Shown here in pieces: positions 22,577-32,000 of a DNA stretch of 32,000 nt. The DNA is taken from the NCBI GenBank assembly GCA_054661495.1, contig BAAFSQ010000074.1:1-32000 (forward strand), read 5' to 3'. The position numbers and the translations under genes were made by a program. Source of the DNA: Zygophlyctis sp. KS116. Its lineage: Eukaryota > Fungi > Chytridiomycota. Every line of letters begins with the position of its first letter. Positions within the stretch are counted from its first letter, which is position 1. The notes under the pieces were generated by a model. That model made no database searches. It was not told where the DNA came from and saw only the letters and a list, made by a program, of their open reading frames with translations.

Positions 22577-25371
22577 TTAGTGATTGGCCGTTATAATGTA
22601 ATATAGAAAAGGGTTTCTTTCCCTTGTAATACGTCTACTTTTTATCAATCTATCATAGATTTTGAGTTTTTCATGATCTTGTTTTGAGATTATGTAATCC
22701 TCTGAATTATGCATTAGAGGTGCATAAATTAAACCTAGAATTTTTGGTTCTAAAGAACTGAAAAATAGACTCTTATAGTCACAAGGGTACATGTTATGTA
22801 AAGGAATTAAAAGAAGTCGTCCCCATAGTTCATTTCCAAAAGAAGAAGAGCTGAAATTGGATAAAAGTTGAGAATATAACTGATAAAAATTAACTTGAGA
22901 TCCCATTAGAGTTTCAAGATTACAAATAGGAGCAGAATTCCATTCATTCAAAACGTATTCAAGGCATGCCTGGATTTTAGGTTCAAGGCATATAGCCTCA
23001 TCAGAAGCAGAACTTAAAAGGCAGAGTTTCATTGTAGCAATCATTAGTCGTCCAATGTCAAGTCCAAGTCCACATGAGTCGTGTAGTGTGACTATAGAAT
23101 ATATAATAAATATATATCCACTCAGGTCTTCTGAACAGACAGTAACATGATTTTGCTCCTCTTCTAAAAATGAGTCAATGGGAGAATATATCCAAGATTT
23201 TGATAATGGTAGAGTTGGACCATTTTCTTCAATTTCCATCCAAAGAGATGAAATAGATTCGTAATTGCAACTATATATTGCTGATGAATTCTTTAGGCTT
23301 GAATCAGAATAGAAACTTTTATCATAAATATCCAACATGATCATTTTATGCTCTTCAAGAATTTCAGAAATAGAGTTTAATGAGGAATGATCCAAAAGCT
23401 TAAAAAGTGAAAAAAGGGTCCTGGAGCCAATAGTTTCTTGTCCAGGTTGAATAAGAGATAAAATATGAAAATAAATCTTGATTTTAGCATTTTCATTCTT
23501 CAGTCCTTTGTCAAGGGATTTTAAATGAGTATTAAGAATAGATAGCTTTCCTTGTGCGTAAAATCTTGTCCAATAATGTTGAGGTTGCTCTAGTATGTAA
23601 TCCACGAGAAGCTGGATATCATTCTCTAAATTTAGAGAATCTTCAATCCAAGGATTTATGACAAGCATTAAATCAGCAATTGAAGAGTAAAAATCCATTC
23701 CAAATGTTTGATTTGTAAGATTATTAATCATACTGGATAGATCCGTATGCATCTTTTGAAATTTCCAAGATTTAAAAGGAGTTTCATCGGCATAAGATAT
23801 AACTCTTAGCGCGAGTTCTTGTGCCATGTTCCTGAAAATAGGATAAAAACTGTTTAAATTTTTATAAATCTTTAAGCAAAGATCCGCAGTTGAGACTGTG
23901 GGATCTAGACGATCTATGTATGCTGTAAAAAAATCTAATACAGATGAAACGGAAGCTAAATGCAGATGTAAAACATTTTCTAATCTATTAAAATGATGAG
24001 CATACCTTGAACTTTTTCTAAATCAATAATCCAAGAAAATATAGACAATAGTATATCTAAAAATGGTTTCATTTCATCCTCCAAACTCCCCATTGTGAAA
24101 CCTTTAGGCATTAAAAAAACAAAATCTTTAAGAGTTTTCAAGAATCCAATACGAGATTTTAAATGAAATTCATGATTAGAAAACTTGAAATATTCTCTTG
24201 CTTTAGCATACATCAATGGACGATAATCACTTAATATCCCTCTAGTCAGTCCATACTTGCTACAAACAGATAAAATCATCCACGCCAAATAAGTTTCTGA
24301 ATCTACTTCCAAATCAGCTATTGATACCATTATTATATCTAGACCATTTTTGACAACAAATTCTTGAGCATTTTCTTTAGATGCCACACATACATTAAAA
24401 AATATGAGAAAAACTAAATCTTTAAAATTACTTTTTCTAGAAATTTTCACTAGAGTCTCTAAAAGACCTTTTTTCACAATCTGATTTGCTGAATCCCTTG
24501 AATATTTAGAAAATCCTAAAATAATCTCTAAAATCATTTCCAAATCACAAATTTCCAATTCCAAAGTTAAAAGATACCCCAATCTTTCTATAATATTCCC
24601 TTTCAAAAGCCCCATACTTGGATCTTGTTTTAAAAGAGCCTTGATTGAACCAAAAGAATCTTTTTCCACTTCTTTTTCCACATCTAAAACTTGAGACATT
24701 TGCTTTCCCTCAACAGCATTAATATACCCCTCCAATACTTTTTCAGACTTTGCTAAAACAAGTAAATTATTCCTAGAAAAAACAATTTCCTCCAATACTC
24801 TATCTTGCCTTGTATTCATTAAAATCCTTAAAATTTCCAAAACATCAGAAAATCCCTTTTTTTGATCCAATCCCACTCTCAGATATAGTCCAATATTAAC
24901 TTTTTCTACTAATTTCATCACTTTTTCATCTAAATCCTGTTCTAATTTCCTAAAAATCTTGAGTAATACTCCCCAAGCCCTCTTTTGTATCTGTAAACTA
25001 GAACTCCTAGTATAATCTAAAATCTCTTGCAGACTCTGAGTCTCTTCTACAGTCTCTTTAGTCTGACACAACTCCCCAGAGAGAAAAAATCTCTCTGTAT
25101 TTTGATCTATTGAATCTGTGTTTTGTAATAGATTTGATTTGATGTCATCCCCCAAATCTAAATTGAATTTTGTTTCATCAGCAGTCTGTAAATCATTTTT
25201 AAAGTCGGCTATTTCATTTAATTCATCTCCTTTAACGATTGTAGAGTTTCTACATCTCTTGAATTTAGAGTCTGAGTTCATTATTCTAAAGACTGAGGGA
25301 AATCCCTGCTCTTGTCTTTTAAATTCAGCACATGGTAAAACACTAGATTTCTCTACAATCCCTTTGAGCAT
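22577..25371 (-). CDS. RPAP1: RNA polymerase II-associated protein 1 (RPAP1/Rba50/MINIYO family), 2 exons, about 922 aa
   Basis: GIVEK...GFP N-terminus, RFFLSGEL, SLQEILDYTRSS...QKRAW, ARM-like middle, and C-terminal FYQLYSQLLSNFSSSSFGNELWGRLLLIP. Intron 23980-24005 joins the two long ORFs in frame. Confidence 0.78.
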
Positions 25372-25385
25372 CACTAAAATTTAAA

Positions 25386-25916
25386 ATGTTTGGAATTAAA
25401 AAACTACTTAAAGCCGGACATCCAATGCTAAGAATCCCAACTAAACCTCTTTCTTTATCTGATCTAGAATCCCCAGAAACTCTAGACTGCCTGGTACAAT
25501 TAAGAAAAGGTCTAAAAGGTGATATAATTGGTCTTTCTGCTCCTCAAGTAGGATATTCTCTTCGAATTTTAGGATATTCCATTCCAAAGAGTCTAATCAA
25601 ACTCTATAATTTAGATGAAGAGATTCCAACTACATTTTTAATTAATCCAATTGTTAAAAATCAATCAATGGCAGTGACTGCTTATGAATCTTGTGCATCA
25701 ATTCCAAACTTTAATGCTCTTGTTAAAAGATACAATAATATTTCTGTAGAGGCATTGGATCCTTTTGGAAAGGAAATAAAACTTGAAGCATCAGGGATTT
25801 TAGCTAGAATTATACAACATGAAGTAGATCATTTAGATGGGAATTTATATACTGAAAGGATGATACAAAAGTCTTTTAGACATGATTCATATGTAGACAA
25901 GTATGAATATTCGTGA
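25386..25916 (+). CDS. PDF: Peptide deformylase (probably mitochondrial, PDF1A-like), intronless, 176 aa
   Basis: GHPMLR, motif 1 IGLSAPQVG, LINP, motif 2 variant ESCAS with the metal Cys, motif 3 ARIIQHEVDHLDG. Confidence 0.93.
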   Translation: MFGIKKLLKAGHPMLRIPTKPLSLSDLESPETLDCLVQLRKGLKGDIIGLSAPQVGYSLRILGYSIPKSLIKLYNLDEEIPTTFLINPIVKNQSMAVTAYESCASIPNFNALVKRYNNISVEALDPFGKEIKLEASGILARIIQHEVDHLDGNLYTERMIQKSFRHDSYVDKYEYS

Positions 25917-26074
25917 ATTTATCTAAATACTTTACTCATTCAAGGGATTTTATTATAAAGAATGATTTAATAGTAAAAACAATGATTACAGGACAGGTAA
26001 GTGAGGATTTCAAGTTAAGTGAGTATTTAAGTGAGCACAGGCCTAAAAAATCTGCAGAATCCTTAATTTACACA

Positions 26075-26883
26075 ATGACAAAGTTCAGGCCTTGCATTGA
26101 TCTTCATAATGGACAAGTAAAGCAGATTGTAGGATCTACTCTAAATAGCAATCTCAAGACTAATTTTGTATCGCAAGAATCACCAAAATACTATGCTAAA
26201 CTATACAAATCTCTTGGGTTGAGTGGGGGGCATGTTATAATGTTGGGTCCGAATAATACTGATGCAGCTCTAGAAATATTATTGGAAAATTCAGAGTTGC
26301 AGATTGGAGGTGGAATAAATTTAGAAAATGCAAAATATTGGCTGGAAAATGGGGCTCAAAAGGTTATTGTGACTTCTTTTTTGTTTCCAGATGGTAAATT
26401 TAATCTAGATAGACTCTCTAAATTATCTTTAGTTGTAGAAAAGGAGAAATTGGTCATTGATCTAAGGTATTTTTTAGATTTAAAATTGTAGTTGTAAAAA
26501 GGTTGCAAGTGAGTATGTAGTTGCTATGGACAAGTGGAAAACTTTGACTGATTTGGTTTTAAATAAGGAATCTTTAGAATTACTAAGTGAATATTGCAGG
26601 TAGATTTTAGTTTATAATATTTAGTGAATTTTTAGTGCATGCTGCAGATATAGAAGGTCTTTGTAAAGGGATTGATGAGGATTTAGTGTGTAAATTAGGA
26701 GAATGGTCTCCAATTCCTGTTACGTATGCTGGTGGAGGGAAATCTTTGGTGGATTTAGAAACTGTTTGCAAATTATCAAATAATAAGGTGGATCTTACTT
26801 TTGGGAGTGCATTGGATATATTTGGTGGAAATGGAGTTAAACTTTTGGATTGCGTTAAATGGAATTCTCTTCAAAACGTTTAA
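26075..26883 (+). CDS. HIS6: Phosphoribosylformimino-5-aminoimidazole carboxamide ribotide isomerase (eukaryotic HisA), 3 exons, 252 aa
   Basis: [53 protein letters not shown] and [13 protein letters not shown]. Introns 26467-26491 and 26600-26624 (25 nt each). Confidence 0.96.
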
Positions 26884-26884
26884 T

Positions 26885-28253
26885 TTAAATCCATTGGTAA
26901 AATTGAATCATGCCCCATTTACCATTGACCATCCAATCAGAGTCTTTAGAAAATAAGGCTTGAGATTGATTTGGCTTTAACCCCGCTATTAAATCACTCT
27001 TACAGGTTCTTAACATTACAAAAGGAGTTGTTTTAGGACTATGAAGAGGACCAATAGCTTCGTGAAATGATCTAGTATGGTCCCAAGCTCCATCATAAAT
27101 CATTTTTCTATAATTCAAATCTCCCTTAAAAATCACTAAACCAGCATTGAAAATATCAATAGATGCATCGCCTTCATGATGAACTAAATTCCAAAAAGAA
27201 TGATGAGAACACCAAAATGAATCCTTTTTAAGAGTCCATTTTCCATTTTGAATCCACAGTCTCCAGGTTGACTCCAGTTCTTGAAATCCAAAAGATCCAA
27301 GTTCTTTTAATGTCCATTCAAAGTCATCTGGAATTGTATCAGATACAAACCATGGAATAGTTTTACAATGGAAAATTATTACTAATGATGGGTTGAGCGT
27401 GCAGAGAACATGTGCCAGGCATAAATCTGTAAAGAGCTCAAATCCTAATGATGTTATCACGGAAAATTACCTGCATTATCTAGTACAAATACAACAGTCT
27501 GGTTAGAGAGTGCCATAACTACATCCAAAAGTCTTTCCATATCATTAACAATTATTTGCTGATTAAAATCAACGATACCTGACTTGACATTTTGAATTTC
27601 CTGATTATTTGAAAAGAGTGATAAATCCGTCTTTAATTAGTTTTAACAATACTAAAACATACCTGATTCCCCCACAATGAAGACAGTATAAAGTTTCGAA
27701 TACATTCCCGTGGTTCAATAGTATGAATTGATTCAAGATGTTTGGCTAAATCTTCAACATTTTTCCTTGATTCCTTGAATGAAATCTATTATAAGTTGGG
27801 AAAGTTACATGTTTTTGTTCTTGAAATACATCAAAATCAGACCATTCCTCCATCAATTGTAGCGACTCATAAATCTTTCTATACTATTTAATTAGATCGT
27901 ATCATACATACCATTGCAGTTTCACTAAACAGCCATGGGGCAGAATACCAAGAATCATTATCTGCTTGCGCCAACTCTTCCAAACGCAAGTTCCATTCAT
28001 GACAATCTTGTCCACTAAATGGTTTAATCTTATAATCTCTGCAGAGTTCATATTTTAGGCCAGATATTGCGCTGATGACTTTGGAAGGTGGAGCATGTGA
28101 TGTTTGTCCTGCTCTCGCAAGTGTATCGATGACTCTTGTTAGTATTACTGGTAGGCGATCTCTCAGTGTCAAGTATGCAAATGAGCTTTTATCCGCTCCT
28201 CTCAATGGAGAGCATAAATGGCTTGGAAAAGGCTCAAGTTGTTTTCGATTCAT
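26885..28253 (-). CDS. DUF89/ARMT1-family damage-control phosphatase, 5 exons, 419 aa
   Basis: SFAYLTLRDRLPVILT, WYSAPWLFSE, LWGNQTDLS, VLDNAGFELFTDL, PWFVSD, FKGDLNYRK and LRTCKSD. Introns of 28, 23, 32 and 26 nt. Confidence 0.92.
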
Positions 28254-28293
28254 TAGGTGATAAGTCCTAAAAGGGAATATATTTTCAATATTT

Positions 28294-29914
28294 TTACTGT
28301 CCAAAGGAAAATCCACCAGAAGGAATATTCATCTCTTGAGGGAACGAATAATTTCCAGAAGCATCAACATTGGTATTTATAGCAGCTTCATCTTCATCTG
28401 AGAAGTAAGTATCAATAATATGATATGCTTTCTTGTAAATTTCCTGGTTATCATGAAGTTGTAGTTGATGAATCTTTTCCATACCACCAGCTTCTTCAAT
28501 AAACAAGGCCATATTATTTACTTCATTGTTGAGAGGTTTGTCGATTTCTCCTACTTTGAGTATATTTTCTAATCCATCTAAAGAAACTTGAATAATTTTA
28601 TTATCTCCGCAGGTTAGTAAATCACACAGTGGTTTAATACATCCTTGTTGAACCAAGTACCGAATTTGTTCAGGACGACTTAAACCTCCAGAAGTTGCAT
28701 TAGAAATAGCCCAACATGCTTCTTTTTTGGTCTTAAAGTCTCCAAGCGACATTAAAGAAATAATTGGAGGAATTAAATTTGCTTCAATCACTGCTTGAAT
28801 TTGAGTTGGATTTCCAGCAGTAATATTAGAAATAGTCCAACAAGATTCCTTTCTAATAGTTTCTTTAGAGGAAGACATAAGAGACAATAAAGCTGAAAGA
28901 GCATTACAATTTAAAATAGTTTGAGTCTGAATATCATCTCCAGTTACAATATTTCCAACAGAACGTAAAGCAGGAGTTTGAACAGATGGTGAGTTGTGCC
29001 TATCGTTGTAAAATTTAGTAAAAATTACATTAGCAGTTCTACTAATCTTCTACAAACACCAGATTCAATCACAGCCTGAATTTTCTCATTAGCCCCATCA
29101 GACAAATAAGAGATTGCCCAACATGTATCAGTTAAAATCTATATTGTTAAAAAAATCTAGAAATTACCTCTTCATCAGATGAATAAATCATTTTTGATAA
29201 AACTGGCAAAGCAACTTGAACCGTATTCCAATTTGGTTGAGGATTCTTTCCACGACAAAAATTTGAAAGAGTCCAAATCGCATTTCTAGTCATTGAAACT
29301 TTTGACTGACTATCTTGTAAAATCATCAATAATGGTATTATAGCATTGCATTGCAACACAATATCTCTACAATTTGGTGAATCACCAGCAATATTTCCTA
29401 AAGCCCAAACTGCCTGTTCTCTTACATCTGCTTCTGGAGAAGACAATAATGCCACAAAGTGAGGTACTGCACCTGCTTCTACTACTACCTGAGTCTGTAG
29501 AGAAGACCCAGAAGCAATATTAGTGAGTGCCCAAGCGGCTTCAAACTGTAATTGATGATTTGAACTTGATAAAAATTCGACAAATTTAGGAATTACACCA
29601 GTAGCAATAACTTCTTGAATTGGAGGATTTTTTTCCTTTGATAAAATCTTTCTAAATTTTGAAGTTGCTGATAACTGGTCTTCCATATTTGCCGAATGGA
29701 CATCTCTCACCATCGCATGTAGATCTCCAATTGTATTATTCATGACTGGTTCATCATCAGAGTCCGATTTCACATCCGCAAAGTTTCTTCTTTTAGCAAT
29801 AGACTCTTCCTTTTTCTGTTTTCTTATTTCGACTGCCACATCTTCCCTTCTTCTTCTCAGCTCGTCCTGTTTCAAGACTCCTCGATTCTTGTACCCAGCA
29901 ATTCTGTCTGCCAT
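28294..29914 (-). CDS. SRP1: Importin subunit alpha (karyopherin alpha), 3 exons, 520 aa
   Basis: IBB domain (ELRRRRE...[12 protein letters not shown]) and ARM repeats ([42 protein letters not shown]). Introns 29139-29167 and 29000-29028. Confidence 0.97.
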
Positions 29915-30128
29915 TTTTTTGCTAATTAAAAAGGATAAGGTGCCATTGGCCTCTACTCTAGCACTTGATGGTGCCACAATTCTGAAACTTGACCTATGCT
30001 GGAGAGTGGACGATGATATAATTCATATAATTTTGTATAAGAGTGGAATTATTCAAGGATAAATTTGGGATATTATTGGTTTTATTGCAAATAAACTGCT
30101 TTAAAAGTTGCTTTAAAAAAGTCTGAAA

Positions 30129-31720
30129 ATGTCAATTCCTCCACGACCATCAAAGACAGTATTATCTCCAGAGTCTGGCAGGAAAAAGGAGGAAAAGTCT
30201 CTTCTTGGAACATTTCTAGGGATTTTTGATTCAGAAAAACCGGAAATCTTAAAATCTGACATCTCTTCACCTTTTAATGCAGTGCACTTGACACATGTAA
30301 GATATAATGATGAGTCAGGAGAGTTTCAAGGACTACCATCAGAATGGGAAGCGCTGCTAAGAGAATCTGGAATCACTAAACAGGATCAGAAATCTAATCC
30401 ACAGGCTGTAATTGATGTCATGAGCTTTTACTCAGAAACTCAAAAGAGAAGTGACGATATCTTTTTTAAAATTAATTCAGAATTTTTACAACCGCCAAAG
30501 AAACCTCCAAGATCAATCTCAAAAGAAGATTTAACGGGTAAAGACTCTCCACCGCCAACCATTCCTCCAAGACCGCTATTCACAATGAAACAGTCAAATG
30601 TTGCAGAGAAATCTACTATTTATGAACAGTTTGGTGAAAAAAAGCCTCCAAGATCATCATCTGTAGAATCTCTTTCAAATTCAATTACAACTGTTCAATT
30701 ACAGCCAAAATTACCACCAAAGCCAAAAACACCAAAAATGCAAGATAACTCTCCGCCAGCTGTTAGACCGAGGAAGAAACCACTTAACTTGGATCAAGTT
30801 ATGGATCATTTGAAAAAAATTAGTAAAGAAATGGATCCACTCACTCAATACTCTAATTTAATTAAAATTGGTCAAGGTGCGTCTGGTGGTGTTTTTAGTG
30901 CGTCAAGTAATACAGGGGAATTTGTAGCTCTAAAACAGATAAATTTGGAAAATCAACCAAAAAAAGATTTAATTATAAATGAAATTATTGTAATGAAGGA
31001 TTCTAAACATAAAAATATCGTAAATTATATTGATTCTTTTATTTGGAAAGGGGATTTATGGGTATCTATTTTAAAATTTCTAAGAATAGGTGGCAATGGA
31101 ATATATGGAAGGTGGATCATTAACAGACTGCGTGACTTCGAACTTTATGACTGAAGGTCAAATTGCTGCTGTTTGTAAGGAGACTCTGGATGGTCTTGTT
31201 CATCTTCACTCCAAAGGTGTCATTCATAGGGATATAAAGTCTGATAACGTTTTACTAGGTTTAGATGGTCAAATAAAGATTACAGATTTTGGATTTTGTG
31301 CTCAAATAATGTCGGAAGATGCAAAACGTACTACAATGGTTGGTACTCCCTACTGGATGGCTCCAGAGGTTGTAAAAAGGAAAGAGTATGGCCCCAAAGT
31401 GGATATTTGGTCTCTAGGAATTATGGCAATTGAAATGATTGAAGGCGAACCGCCTTATCTAAATGAAAACCCTTTGCGAGCATTGTATCTCATAGCAACG
31501 AACGGCACTCCAAAAATCAATCACCCAGAAACACTCAGTGAACCTTTTAAAGATTTCTTAAGAAATGCACTAACTGTCAATGCAAACGAGAGACCTTCAG
31601 CTTCAGATTTACTTCAGGTATATTCCACATTCTTATCAATAGCATCCATTCATAGAGCTTGCTGTACCTTTATCACACCTTGTCCCACTTATTTTAGCCT
31701 CCAAAAAGTCAAAGAAGTAG
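30129..31720 (+). CDS. STE20: PAK/STE20-family kinase with CRIB domain, 3 exons, 512 aa
   Basis: [17 protein letters not shown], Pro-rich linker, [21 protein letters not shown] and [12 protein letters not shown]; no PH domain. Introns 31062-31089 and 31618-31642; the spliced C-terminus is [25 protein letters not shown]. Confidence 0.93.
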
Positions 31721-31801
31721 AAAGAACGAATTGTAAAAACTTTCAAATGCCTCAATAAATGATACTTTTGACTTGATTCAATGTTTTTAATAAGCAATAA
31801 T

Positions 31802-32000
31802 TTAAATACTCTTTGGCAATCTTAAAGCTTTTTCAAATAAGGCTTTTAATTTGACCTGATTCTCCTCAGAGTTTAGCAATTCAAACGCCTCTGATTCAGT
31901 AGGCTTACCACGCAATGCATTCTCTCGTTGAATAATAAAGGAGTCACGCAAACTCCTTTTCAATATTTCCAAATGAAAGTCTTGATTAATAAAATCGTCT
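31802..32000 (-). CDS. 3' end of an unidentified protein-coding gene entering from beyond the window
   Basis: Open frame ...DDFINQDFHLEILKRSLRDSFIIQRENALRGKPTESEAFELLNSEENQVKLKALFEKALRLPKSI* with helical composition; family not recognised. Confidence 0.55.
   Translation of the reverse strand, partial: DDFINQDFHLEILKRSLRDSFIIQRENALRGKPTESEAFELLNSEENQVKLKALFEKALRLPKSI

Noticed and set aside
25913-26074. N-terminal extension of HIS6 overlapping the PDF stop (operon-like GTGA coupling)
   Set aside because: It depends on a GTG start. The conserved HIS6 N-terminus begins at ATG 26075, so the upstream open frame is probably incidental.

Overview
Eukaryotic, AT-rich, very gene-dense nuclear DNA in the standard genetic code, most likely from an early-diverging (chytrid-like) fungus. 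That placement is an inference from gene content: PMT, OPT, fungal-type HIS6 and Spc105/Spc7 together with RAB3GAP2, long-form RPAP1 and an animal-like peptide deformylase. The window opens with about 9.8 copies of a 33/34-bp tandem repeat containing TAACCC, a candidate unusually long telomere repeat. It is followed by 15 complete genes and one partial gene: RAB3GAP2, a Sch9/Ypk1/Gad8-type kinase, a GT61 + O-fucosyltransferase fusion, an RCC1-repeat protein, three tandem OPT transporters, SPC105/KNL1, PMT, RPAP1, peptide deformylase, HIS6, an ARMT1/DUF89 phosphatase, importin-alpha, STE20/PAK and an unidentified 3' end. The supplied ORFs are fragmented because the genes are split by ultra-short spliceosomal introns (mostly 23-35 nt, one GC-AG), which I reconstructed by hand. 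Intergenic gaps are 1 to about 380 bp. Best leads: the 33/34-bp telomere-like array, the micro-intron system, the double glycosyltransferase, the motif-divergent OPT triplet with a 160-bp conversion tract, and divergent start codons 14 bp apart. All family calls rest on motif recognition; no database search was run.
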